DNA of 64,000 nt, from positions 192,001 to 256,000 of the forward strand of contig CAWANH010000028.1 of assembly GCA_963783375.1 (NCBI GenBank), written 5' to 3'. The notes beneath the pieces are model-generated. The model was not told where the DNA came from and ran no database searches. It worked only from the letters and a program-made list of their open reading frames with translations. This document shows positions 29,268 through 38,341 of this stretch, in pieces. A program made the translations under genes and the position numbers. Position 1 is the stretch's first letter; every line of letters begins with the position of its first letter. Origin of the DNA: Candidatus Eiseniibacteriota bacterium (GTDB lineage: Bacteria > Eisenbacteria > RBG-16-71-46 > JABDJR01).

Positions 29268-30104
29268 TCACAGCGCCTCCCCCTCGAGCGCGGGCAGGGC
29301 GGCCAGGTCGTCGGCGGCCCGGCGCGGGTTCGCCATCGGTTCGTCCCGGATCACCAACCCGTCCCGAAGTTCCACCACCCTCCGGGCGTAGCCGGCGATG
29401 TCGTGCTCGTGGGTCACCAGAAGAATGGTGATCCCCTGGTCGTTCAGCTCCTGGAAGAGGGCGAGCACCTCCACCGACGTGCGGGTATCGAGATTCCCGG
29501 TCGGCTCGTCGGCGAAGAGGATGGATGGCTGGGTGACCAGGGCCCGGGCGATCGCCACCCGCTGCTGCTGGCCGCCGGACAGCTCGTTCGGCTCGTGCCT
29601 GGCGCGGTCGGCCAGGTGCACCCGGCTGAGCGCCTCCTGGGCCAGGGCCCGGGCATCCCCGTGGAAGCCGTTCCGCCGGTAGAGGAGGGGCATTTCCACG
29701 TTCTCCAGGGCCGAGGTGCGCGAGAGCAGATTGAACCCCTGGAACACGAAACCGATCTTCCGGTTTCGGATGTCGGCGAGCTGATTCCGGCTCAGCTTCT
29801 CCACCTGCTCCCCGTCCAGGTAGTAGCTTCCATCGCTCGGGTAGTCCAGGCAACCCAGGATGGTCATGAGGGTGGATTTCCCCGAGCCCGAAGCCCCCAT
29901 GATCGCCACCATCTCTCCGCGACGGACGGTGAGGTCGACGCCGCGGAGGGCGTGCACCTCCGCCCCCTTGGTGCGGAAGACCTTGGTGAGCCCGCTGGCC
30001 CGGATCGGGGCCTCGGCGGACGATGCGGACGGCGCGGAAGGGCTGGGCGCCCCGTCGCCGGGCCCCCCCGCCCCCGGCGCGCGATGACCGGATTCCATGG
30101 TCAC
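29268..30104 (-). CDS. ABC transporter ATP-binding protein (MacB/LolD type)
   Basis: [37 protein letters not shown]. Confidence 0.95.
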   Translation of the reverse strand: MTMESGHRAPGAGGPGDGAPSPSAPSASSAEAPIRASGLTKVFRTKGAEVHALRGVDLTVRRGEMVAIMGASGSGKSTLMTILGCLDYPSDGSYYLDGEQVEKLSRNQLADIRNRKIGFVFQGFNLLSRTSALENVEMPLLYRRNGFHGDARALAQEALSRVHLADRARHEPNELSGGQQQRVAIARALVTQPSILFADEPTGNLDTRTSVEVLALFQELNDQGITILLVTHEHDIAGYARRVVELRDGLVIRDEPMANPRRAADDLAALPALEGEAL

Positions 30105-30114
30105 GGCATACCCC

Positions 30115-31413
30115 CTAGAACCCGAACCCGGGACGGCGGGGCCCGCCGCCGCCGCCCCCGCCCCCGAAGGGGGTGGTGGAGGTCGCGGTCTCGGAGGCCT
30201 TCCCGGTCAGGATCCCCGCGATCACCTGCATGCCTTCCTGCAACCGCGGCCCGGTGATCTCGGTGAGCTGGCCGTTGGTGAGGCCGGTCTTGACCCGCAG
30301 GACCGCGAGCTCCCCCTTGTCGTCCACGTAGTAGAGGGCGGCCATGTCCGAGGCGCCGCTCCGGCCCGACCCCGCCGGCATCGCGCCCCGGGCTTCGGCG
30401 CCCGCGCCGCCCCGGGCCGCCCGGCGCGCCGCCCACGCGGTGGAGTCGCCCCCACCCCGGGTCCGGCGCTCCTCCATGCGATTCCTGAGCTCGGCGATCA
30501 TCTCCTCGGTGGGGCGGAAGCGGAGCGCGGCGTTGGAGACGGTGAGCACGTCGCGGGCCTCCCCCACCACGAAGTCCACGGTGGCGGTCATCCCCGGAAG
30601 GAGGATGTGGTCCGGGTTGGCCACGTCCACCACCACGGTGTAGGTGACCACGTTGTCCACGGTGGTGGACTGGAGCCGGACCTGGCGGACGGTGCCGGTG
30701 AAGGTCCGGGTGGGGTAGGCCTGCACGGTGAACCGCGCGGTCTGCCCATCGTGGATCTGGCCGATGTCGCTTTCGTCGACCGCGGCCAGCATCTGCATCT
30801 TGGAAAGATCGTTGGCGATCAGGAAGAGCCGCGGGGCGGAGAGGCTCGCGGCCACGGTCTGCCCTACGTCCACGTCCCGCTCGATCACCGTGCCGGAGAT
30901 GGGGGTGGTGATGGTGGCGTAGGCCAGGTTCCGCCGGGCCCGGTCGAGCCCGATCCTGGCCGACTGCACCCCGGTCCGGGCGGTCTCCACCGCGAACTGC
31001 GCGTTCTTCTGTTCGTTCTGGCTCACCAGCTCGCGGCCGTAGAGCGAGTCCGCCTGCACGAGGTCCCGATTCGCCTGGGAGTAGGCGACGTTGGCCCGGT
31101 CGAGGCTCGCCTCGGCATCGCGGACGGCGATGGCCAGGAGGGTGGTGTCGATCCGGGCGACCACCTGGCCCGCCTTCACCTGGTCATTGAAGTCGGCGTA
31201 GATCCGGGAGATGATGCCGGAGACCTGGGTCCCGACCTCGACGGTCTCCACCGCCTGAAGCGTTCCGGTGCTCGAGATCACCGCCTCCACGTCGCCCTTG
31301 GCCACCGGCACGAGTCGATAGGAGCCGCCGGCCGATGCGCTTCGCCCGTGGAGGATCAGGTACCCTCCAGCGGCGACGACGAGCACGACGACGGCAATGA
31401 TGATGCGTTTCAT
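30115..31413 (-). CDS. MacA-like efflux membrane fusion protein
   Basis: N-terminal TM, VEVGTQVSG, ITTPISGTVI, GQTVAASL, VDESDIG, LLPGMTA; GGAGG RBS. Confidence 0.92.
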   Translation of the reverse strand: MKRIIIAVVVLVVAAGGYLILHGRSASAGGSYRLVPVAKGDVEAVISSTGTLQAVETVEVGTQVSGIISRIYADFNDQVKAGQVVARIDTTLLAIAVRDAEASLDRANVAYSQANRDLVQADSLYGRELVSQNEQKNAQFAVETARTGVQSARIGLDRARRNLAYATITTPISGTVIERDVDVGQTVAASLSAPRLFLIANDLSKMQMLAAVDESDIGQIHDGQTARFTVQAYPTRTFTGTVRQVRLQSTTVDNVVTYTVVVDVANPDHILLPGMTATVDFVVGEARDVLTVSNAALRFRPTEEMIAELRNRMEERRTRGGGDSTAWAARRAARGGAGAEARGAMPAGSGRSGASDMAALYYVDDKGELAVLRVKTGLTNGQLTEITGPRLQEGMQVIAGILTGKASETATSTTPFGGGGGGGGPRRPGFGF

Positions 31414-31494
31414 GATCTGGTCCCCTCCAGGACGCTCGGGTTTCCGGGGGACCGGTGGGGGCGGCGCCTCTCCTCCGGTCCGGTCATCCCACCA

Positions 31495-31521
31495 AACGCG
31501 GCAGACGGCGGACTCCTGCGG
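31495..31521 (-). promoter_or_regulatory. Putative ECF sigma promoter for the macA-like operon
   Basis: Minus strand CCGCAGGA-N15-CGTT, identical architecture to 31634-31660. Confidence 0.65.
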
Positions 31522-31633
31522 TCTATTTTCCAGTCGCGGCCCCGGTTTGACCGCCCTCCGGGGCTCTCCTAGTATCCCCGGACGGGATCCACGACTCACT
31601 CAACCTTCTGAAAAGATTCGACTTAACATTTGT

Positions 31634-31660
31634 CCGCAGGATATCGGCGGGACGGGCGTT
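31634..31660 (+). promoter_or_regulatory. Putative autoregulatory ECF sigma promoter
   Basis: CCGCAGGA-N15-CGTT directly upstream of the ECF sigma gene; CGT-type -10 is typical of ECF promoters. Confidence 0.65.
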
Positions 31661-31690
31661 GGGGTGCTTGAGCCGGCGCCGCCCGCCCGG

Positions 31691-32266
31691 TTGATACCTG
31701 CGCGGGCGGGGGATCCGGCGACGACGGTCGATGACGACCTTCTCATGGAGCGCATCGCGCGCGGCGACGAGGCCGCCTTCCGCGCCCTGGTGGAGCGGTG
31801 GGAGCGGCCGGTGTTCGCGTTCCTGGCCCGGATGCTCGGCTCCCGCGAAGAAGCCCAGGATCTGGCCCAGGAGACCTTTCTCCGGGTATACGGGAGTGCG
31901 GGGCGCTACCGGGGTTCGGGGCGATTCAAGAGCTGGCTCTTCCGGATCGCGGGGAACCAGGCGCGAAGCCGGCTCCGGCGGCGGAAGGTGCTGAGCTGGG
32001 TCGGGCTCGATCCCGGACGGGAGGACCTGCCGTCGACGGAGGAATCGGCGGAGCGGCGGGTGGAGCGGAAGGACGAGGCGGCGCGGGTGCGTCGGGCGGT
32101 GTCAAGACTACCCGCCCGCCAGCGCGAGGCGGTGGTGCTCCGGGAGTACGAGGGCATGAGCTACCAGGAGATCGCCGAGTCCATGGACACCTCGGCGTCG
32201 GCGGTGGAGTCGCTCCTCCATCGCGCGGTGACCGCGCTCCGGAAGGATCTGGGCGGGAAGGGTTGA
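31691..32266 (+). CDS. ECF RNA polymerase sigma factor
   Basis: GDEAAFRALVERW, AQDLAQETFL, FKSWLFRIAGN, LPARQREAVVL...GMSYQEIA...VESLLHRA; start codon uncertain (TTG 31691 or GTG 31664). Confidence 0.9.
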   Translation: MIPARAGDPATTVDDDLLMERIARGDEAAFRALVERWERPVFAFLARMLGSREEAQDLAQETFLRVYGSAGRYRGSGRFKSWLFRIAGNQARSRLRRRKVLSWVGLDPGREDLPSTEESAERRVERKDEAARVRRAVSRLPARQREAVVLREYEGMSYQEIAESMDTSASAVESLLHRAVTALRKDLGGKG

Positions 32267-32311
32267 GCGGGCGCCGGGCCCGGACGGCCGCGCGGAAGGA
32301 AGGAACCGGCC

Positions 32312-32767
32312 ATGACGGACGAAACCGAAGGCCACGTCGAGAGGCGGCTCCAGCCGTTCCTGGACGGAGATCTGGCCGCGTCCGAGGCGGCGGCGGTCGA
32401 GGCGCACGCTTCGAAGTGCCCGGCCTGCGGCGCGGCGCTTTCGGGACTCCGTTCGGTCCACGCGCTCCTGGCGCTGGATCCCGGGGTCGAGCCGATCCGC
32501 CCGGTGTGGCCCTCGGTGCGCGACGCGCTCCCCCGGCGATCCCCCGGAAGACCGTCGCCGGCCTATCTGTTCGCGGCCTCGGCTTTGGCCGCGGCCGGAC
32601 TCTTCATCGGGCTTCACCTGGGGGGAGGGACCGCGGCGCGGACGGCGGCGATCGCTCCGGAAACGGCCTGGTCGAGCCTCTCGTCCACCCTGGGGAGCGG
32701 CAGCCCGGGGAACCTGGCCGGGATCTACCTCACCGGCGTGGAGACGTCCCGGGGGACGGGGCGATGA
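32312..32767 (+). CDS. Zinc-finger (zf-HC2) membrane anti-sigma factor
   Basis: FLDGDL...VEAHASKCPAC (HxxxCxxC) followed by one TM segment; downstream of the sigma gene. Confidence 0.85.
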   Translation: MTDETEGHVERRLQPFLDGDLAASEAAAVEAHASKCPACGAALSGLRSVHALLALDPGVEPIRPVWPSVRDALPRRSPGRPSPAYLFAASALAAAGLFIGLHLGGGTAARTAAIAPETAWSSLSSTLGSGSPGNLAGIYLTGVETSRGTGR

Positions 32768-32837
32768 TCTGGATCGCCCGGCTTTCGATGAACGGTGCGG
32801 GCGTGCGGGGCGGCCGCGCGAGGAGAGGGACGGGACG

Positions 32838-33305
32838 ATGAGACCAATCTGGGTCCTGGTGCTGGGACTTTCGCTGGGGTTGAACGCGGGCCTTCTCTAT
32901 CGGGAGTTCGCGGGCGGTCACGGCGAGCGGCGGGAACGGCGAACGCCCCCCTCGACCGAGGAGATCGTCAAGCACCGGCTATCCGAACTCAAGGGGAGCG
33001 TGGCGCTCACGCCGGGGCAGGAGTCGGACCTCCGGGGGATCCTCGAAACGACTATCCCCCGGGTCATGGCGCAGTCGGACAGCGTCCGCCGGGCGCGCTC
33101 GCGCCTGGCCGGGAAATACGCGGGGGCGGCTATCGACACCGCGGCGGTGCGGGCGGCGCTGGATGAGATGAACACCGCCCAGGCGACCCTGGACTCGACC
33201 ATCGCGGAGAGCCTCCTCCGCGAGGCGGCGCTCCTGACCCCCGAGCAGCGGGCGCGCTACGTGGAGCACCTCCCCTGGCGGCGCCACGGGCCGCGGGGGC
33301 CCTAG
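32838..33305 (+). CDS. Spy/CpxP-like periplasmic protein (heavy-metal sensor family)
   Basis: SLGLNAG N-terminal segment, LTPGQ and LLTPEQR motifs. Confidence 0.8.
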   Translation: MRPIWVLVLGLSLGLNAGLLYREFAGGHGERRERRTPPSTEEIVKHRLSELKGSVALTPGQESDLRGILETTIPRVMAQSDSVRRARSRLAGKYAGAAIDTAAVRAALDEMNTAQATLDSTIAESLLREAALLTPEQRARYVEHLPWRRHGPRGP

Positions 33306-33483
33306 CCCGGATCAATCATGACCCCACTCTGCGGCGGGCATCAGACCGCCAGCTCGGGTGTCCTCGCGATCCGGATGAGAGTTCGGCGGGGCAAGCGTCG
33401 CCGGCGACTCTACCTGACCCCGGCAGAGCAAGGATCGCCGCCCGGCGCGTTCGCCCCGAGGGTCTCGACCCGGCTCCGGACGC

Positions 33484-33523
33484 AAAAAAACGGGGGCCGT
33501 ACCCGTCCCTGGTCCGGCCCCCG
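33484..33523 (-). terminator. Rho-independent terminator
   Basis: CGGGGGCCG/CGGCCCCCG 9-bp stem followed by T7 on the minus strand. Confidence 0.8.
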
Positions 33524-33620
33524 CCGTTGGCTTCGCGTTGCTTTGCGGAACCGGTTGGGTTCCACCCACAGGGTGAACGCCCCTGTCGCGTCTCCCTGTG
33601 TACCCTCAAGCGCAGGGCAC
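33484..33620 (-). ncRNA. Candidate sigma54-dependent small RNA (about 137 nt)
   Basis: Sigma54-like promoter upstream, three hairpins starting at the predicted +1, terminator at the 3' end, no credible ORF. Confidence 0.5.
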
Positions 33621-33630
33621 GTGTTCTCTG

Positions 33631-33646
33631 TGCAGGTTCCGCGCCA
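33631..33646 (-). promoter_or_regulatory. Sigma54 (-24/-12) promoter-like site
   Basis: TGGCGC-GGAAC-CTGCA versus consensus TGGCAC-N5-TTGCW. Confidence 0.5.
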
Positions 33647-33917
33647 GCGAGGGGCGGTCCGGCCCTGGCAAGTTGGCCGCCCCCCTGCGATTTGCAAGCC
33701 CAAGCAAGGCCTGCCGGCGGGCGGGGTTCGGCCGGTCGTTCGACGCCGCCAGCGGGGCCTCGGTCATCTTCACGCAACCTGCAAGACCCGGGGGGCGTCC
33801 TTCCCCCCACGTCCCGTGCGCCCTGCACCCTCGATCCGTGCGACCCGCCATGAACCCGGGAGACCCCGGCGCCGCGCCGGGCCGGTGGGGACGGCCCGGC
33901 GCCACGGCGGGTGACGC

Positions 33918-34358
33918 TCAGTCTTCGGGGTCGGGAAACACGGTCAGGCCTTCGGCCGGCACGTACACCGTCTCCTTCCCCCGGTGGATCGTCGCGGTCA
34001 GAAGGAGCGGGACCTTCGGGATCGCGAACTCCGCGACCAGGCAACCGGCCAGGGTATCCCAGGCCAGCGGCGCCACCATTCCCTCCCCGGTGTCGTCGAT
34101 CACGGTGAGGAGGCCGCCCGGCGCTCCCGCCATCGAGGAATCGGTGAAGGCCAGCGCCGCGTCCTCGTCGAGGAGGTCGCGGACCTCCACCCGCAGGGTG
34201 TCGCCCCCGGCCACCGCGAAAACGTCGAGCCAGGGACCGGCGGCGGTCGCAACCCCTTCACCGGCCGCCGGAGCGGCGCCGCGCGCCGCTCCGGGAACCG
34301 CCGCGCCCAGGGCCCAGACCAGGAATCCAAACGCGAGGATCGTGTTCGTGCGTCTCAT
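33918..34358 (-). CDS. Hypothetical exported protein (146 aa)
   Basis: MRRTNTILAFGFLVWALGAAVPGAARG signal-like segment; ATGA overlap with the upstream gene. Confidence 0.65.
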   Translation of the reverse strand: MRRTNTILAFGFLVWALGAAVPGAARGAAPAAGEGVATAAGPWLDVFAVAGGDTLRVEVRDLLDEDAALAFTDSSMAGAPGGLLTVIDDTGEGMVAPLAWDTLAGCLVAEFAIPKVPLLLTATIHRGKETVYVPAEGLTVFPDPED

Positions 34359-37300
34359 CGGATGGATATCGCCCCCATGTAGTCGAGCTTCTTCCCCCCG
34401 AAGATCCCGGCCGTCTCGCTGATCCGGTAGACCAGGTACTTGTCCCCGGATCGGGTGAAGAAGTAGGTGTCGGCGCCCATGGGGAAGGACCCGCAGGGGC
34501 CGCCGGTGTTCATGATCCCGATCTGGGCCCGCCCGAGGTTGATCTTCTTGTCCAGGCGGGCCACCTCGCCCTCGATCTGCCACTGCATCCACATGTAGAG
34601 AAAGCCCACTCCGGCCTCGAAGACGCCGCTGGAGATCCCCGAGGCGATGATGCCGGCCGGCGGCTCTCCCGTCGCCGCGGCCTCGGCCAGGGCCGATGCC
34701 GCCTCGCCGCCGCTCTGGGCCAGCTCCTGCATGATGTCGGCGGTCTTCTGGAGCTCCTCCCGGGCCTGCTCGGGACCGAGGTTCTCTATCATCCAGTTGT
34801 CGTAGGCGATCGCGCACTCCCGGGCCTGGCGGATCCGCTCCAGCTCGGCCCGCTTGGCCGCCGCCGCGGCCTCGCGTTTGGCGGCGACCGCCCGCTCTGC
34901 CGCTTCCCTCCGTTCGTTGGCTTCGCGGGTACGCCGGTCGTTCTCCTGCTGCTGCCGCCGGTCGTCGTCCTGCTTGCATCCGTCGGCGGCTTTGGCCGCC
35001 GCCTGCGCCGAGGCCTCGGCCCGGGACACGAGGCGCTTCAGGGCGTTGCACGCCGCCGCCGCCCGCTGGGCCGCATCCCGCGCCCGCCGGTACGCCGCGG
35101 CCGCCTCCTCGCACCGTCCCTCGGCCAGGAGCTTGCGCGCCTCGGCCAGGGCGGCGTCCCGGTCGGCCAGCGCCTGCTTCAGCTCGGCCAGCGCCCCGTG
35201 GTCTCCCAGGACCGCCTTGGCGTCGTTTCGCGCCCGCTCCACCGCCGCCCGGCCGCCGTCGCAGCCCACCAGCATCAGCCGGCCCAGGACATCGGCGGCG
35301 TCCTCGGCCTGGTTCGACGCGCCGTAGGCCCGGTCGGTCAGGTCCTCGACGTCGCAATCGGGAAGGGGCGGCACGCCGTTCTCGCCGTCCCGCCGCGCGT
35401 CGTCGCAGCGCTTGACCCGAAGGTCGCAGTCCTTCCCCGCCCGGGCCAGGAACGCGGACCACGCCGCCGCCCAGGCCTCGAGATCGTCGTAGGAGGCGAA
35501 GGATTTCGCGGTGTCCCCCAGCCGGGCCCGGGCGTCCCGCACCGCCGCCTCGGCCGCGTCCGCCTTCCGCTGTGAACGCTGGGCCTTCCTCCAGGCCCGC
35601 TTTTCGGCCTTCTTGCAGTGCCGGAGATCGCGGCGGAGGGTGATGGGGTTGGGCTTGGTCACCCGTCCGTTCACCCGCGCGCGCAGGCAATCCTCCATCC
35701 GCTTGTAGAACCGATGCGCGTCGGCCTCGTGGTGGAACCACACCGGCCCCAGGTCCCCGGTGTCGAGGCCGCTGTGGGCGTTGCGCCGGGCCGGGTAGCC
35801 CCTCTGATGATGTCCCTCCACGTGGTCGAGCCCCTCCAGTGACCGGTCGTAACAATCCCGGTAGGCGGCCTTCACCCCTTCGGCCAGCTCGTGGCAGTGC
35901 GCCGCCGCCGCGTCGTGTTCGGCGGCATCGGCCGCCGCCTGGTCGGATGCCTTTTCGTAGGCCGCCTCCGCATTGGCCAGCTCCGAGCGCTCGGCTCCGA
36001 GAAGCGCCTCCTCGCACGCCTTACGCGCGTCGCGGATGCGCTTCAGGATGTCCCCCACCCTGCGGTCCAGGACCTCGATGTCCTCGCACTTCACGCACCG
36101 GGCCAGGTCGGCCTGGAAGTCCTTCCACGCATCGGCGGCCTTCCCCAGCCGGGCGACTTCAGCCTCCGCGGCCGCGCGGGCCTCCTCACACGCCTTCGCG
36201 GCGGCGTCCGCCGCGTTCCGGGCCGCGGTCACCGCCTTCTCCGCCGCGGCCACGTCGGCTTGCTGCCGGGCCGTCTTCGCCTCGTAGCCCGCGGTGACCT
36301 TCCGGTAGTGCGCGGCGAGCCCGGGGTCGCCGGCCTGGTTGTGGGCCGCGGCGCCGCTCCCCAGGAAACCGGCGAAGTCCCGCGCTTCCCGCTCCGTTCG
36401 AGCCAACTTCGCCTTCGCCCCGGCCAGCCGGGCGTCGGCCTCGTCGGCGGCACGGGCCTTCCGCGCCGCGTCCTGGCAGGCCTCGGCCGCGCGGCAGAAG
36501 ACGTCCAGATCGGGCATCGGAAACCCGTCGATCAGCACCTGGAACCGCTTCTTCATCCACTCGCAGGGCCCGCCCCTTTCGGCGGGGGGACGGAGATCGG
36601 TCTCCTTCGGGGGCGCCGCGCCCTCCTCGGGCGGCGGTGTCCGCTCCTCCGAGGCCTCGGAGGACCGTGCACCGGCGCCCGAGAGCGCCACCGAGATCCC
36701 CGCCCGGTATTCCGTGTCGAATCCGTATCCGTTCAACCCATGGTGGCCTTCGAAGGCCTTCAGGACTGCGACGGCCTCGAACTCGGCCGAGACCCGGTCG
36801 ACCACGTCGGCCCGGAACCCGACCAGGACCAGGGGGCTCAGGTACGTCGTACCGTCGACCGGGGGCAGGGTGAATTCGACCCCGGCCAGGTTCGCCCGGG
36901 GATCGTCCGGGGACAAGGATTCGAAGCGCACGCCGGCCCCCAGGAACGGGCGGGCCCTCCGGTTCCTGATGAACCATCGAAGATCGGCGGATGCCGTGAA
37001 ACCGGTGAGGTCGGTGGTGACGACACCCTCGCCCGCCGCCGGGCCGGTGCTTCCCTCGACCGTGGCGTGGATCGGAAACGAGGCCTCGGCCCGGTAGAAC
37101 CCCAGGGTGGCCCTCCCCTCGATCGCGCGCGAGAGGGGGGTGGCGGCGAAGAGGTGGAAGGTGAAGGGGTCGTTCAAGGCGGCGCCGCCGCGGGACACGG
37201 AGAACGGCCCCCCGAGGCGTTCGGAGATCCGGCCGTACAGCGCGCCCGAGGGATCCAGAGCCTCGGAAAGAGACCCGGTGCGCCTGAAGTGACCCGCGCC

Positions 37301-37435
37301 GGAGTCGACGGGATGCGCGCGGCCGAACTCCACCCCCAGGCGAAGCCCGTCCGACCCGTCATCGCCCGCCGCGGAGGGCGCGGCACAGGCCAAGGCGAGG
37401 AGAGCGGCAAGGACGATCGAGCGACGTGGCGTCAT
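34355..37435 (-). CDS. Hypothetical 1026-aa exported protein: N-terminal outer-membrane beta-barrel-like domain plus Cys-rich coiled coil
   Basis: Signal peptide; amphipathic strands (ADLRWFI...ARPFLGAGVRF...LVGFRADV...EYRAGISVAL); about 600 aa Ala/Glu/Lys/Arg helical region with about 20 Cys. Confidence 0.7.
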   Translation of the reverse strand: MTPRRSIVLAALLALACAAPSAAGDDGSDGLRLGVEFGRAHPVDSGAGHFRRTGSLSEALDPSGALYGRISERLGGPFSVSRGGAALNDPFTFHLFAATPLSRAIEGRATLGFYRAEASFPIHATVEGSTGPAAGEGVVTTDLTGFTASADLRWFIRNRRARPFLGAGVRFESLSPDDPRANLAGVEFTLPPVDGTTYLSPLVLVGFRADVVDRVSAEFEAVAVLKAFEGHHGLNGYGFDTEYRAGISVALSGAGARSSEASEERTPPPEEGAAPPKETDLRPPAERGGPCEWMKKRFQVLIDGFPMPDLDVFCRAAEACQDAARKARAADEADARLAGAKAKLARTEREARDFAGFLGSGAAAHNQAGDPGLAAHYRKVTAGYEAKTARQQADVAAAEKAVTAARNAADAAAKACEEARAAAEAEVARLGKAADAWKDFQADLARCVKCEDIEVLDRRVGDILKRIRDARKACEEALLGAERSELANAEAAYEKASDQAAADAAEHDAAAAHCHELAEGVKAAYRDCYDRSLEGLDHVEGHHQRGYPARRNAHSGLDTGDLGPVWFHHEADAHRFYKRMEDCLRARVNGRVTKPNPITLRRDLRHCKKAEKRAWRKAQRSQRKADAAEAAVRDARARLGDTAKSFASYDDLEAWAAAWSAFLARAGKDCDLRVKRCDDARRDGENGVPPLPDCDVEDLTDRAYGASNQAEDAADVLGRLMLVGCDGGRAAVERARNDAKAVLGDHGALAELKQALADRDAALAEARKLLAEGRCEEAAAAYRRARDAAQRAAAACNALKRLVSRAEASAQAAAKAADGCKQDDDRRQQQENDRRTREANERREAAERAVAAKREAAAAAKRAELERIRQARECAIAYDNWMIENLGPEQAREELQKTADIMQELAQSGGEAASALAEAAATGEPPAGIIASGISSGVFEAGVGFLYMWMQWQIEGEVARLDKKINLGRAQIGIMNTGGPCGSFPMGADTYFFTRSGDKYLVYRISETAGIFGGKKLDYMGAISIR

Positions 37436-37720
37436 GGGGTCCGCCTTTCTTCCGTTCGCGGCCGGTAATTCTACGAATATTCGAAACCTAGTGACCCGGA
37501 TCGCGGTCGTCAACCCCGGGGCGGCGGGGCGCGGCGATCGCGCCGGCTCCGGAAACGGCCGCGAGCCACCGGGATCCGGGCCCGAGACCCGTCTCCGGCC
37601 CGCCTGCTACCCTCTCCGGGTTCGGACCACCCCGGACGAGGGCCCCGGGAGACGGACGGCGACGCGCCGCCCCTTCCCCGAACGATGCGGCGCGAGCGCC
37701 CCGCGGAAAGGACGAGCGGT

Positions 37721-38320
37721 ATGAACCACGAGCGGCTTCCCTCGCGGGATGAGGCCTGGGCCCTTCTCTGCGAGTACACCCGGAGCGACTCCCTCAGGAA
37801 GCACGCGCTGGCGGTGGAGGAGGTGATGCGCGCCTTCGCGCGGGCGCGCGGCGAGGACGAGGAGCGCTGGGGCCTCACCGGGCTCCTTCACGACTTCGAC
37901 TACGAGGCCTACCCCGACCCGGCCGAGCACACCGTGGCGGGAGGAAGGATCCTCCGCGAGCGGGGCTACCCCGAGGACCTGATCCACGCCGTCCAGGCCC
38001 ACAACGAACGGAACGGGCTGGGCCTCACGCGCGAGGCGGATCTCGACCGGGTGCTCTTCGCGGTGGACGAGCTGACCGGCTTCGTGACCGCGGTGGCCCT
38101 GGTCCGCCCCAACAAGAGCATCCACGAGGTCGAGCCCAGGAGCGTGCGGAAAAAGCTCAAGGACAAACGCTTCGCCGCCTCGGTGGACCGCGATGAGGTC
38201 CGGCGCGGGATGGAGGAGCTGGGGGTCGAGGCCGACGAGCACATCCGGTCGGTGATCGACGCCCTCCGGGGCATCGACGTCGAGATCGGTCTCCAGGGAA
38301 CCCATGCCCGGGAGAGCTGA
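37721..38320 (+). CDS. HD-domain metal-dependent hydrolase (HDIG type)
   Basis: LRKHALAVE, GLLHDFDYE, AVQAH, LFAVDELTGF, KDKRFAASVDR. Confidence 0.88.
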   Translation: MNHERLPSRDEAWALLCEYTRSDSLRKHALAVEEVMRAFARARGEDEERWGLTGLLHDFDYEAYPDPAEHTVAGGRILRERGYPEDLIHAVQAHNERNGLGLTREADLDRVLFAVDELTGFVTAVALVRPNKSIHEVEPRSVRKKLKDKRFAASVDRDEVRRGMEELGVEADEHIRSVIDALRGIDVEIGLQGTHARES

Positions 38321-38341
38321 GCCCGGGGCCGGGCGGCCCCG

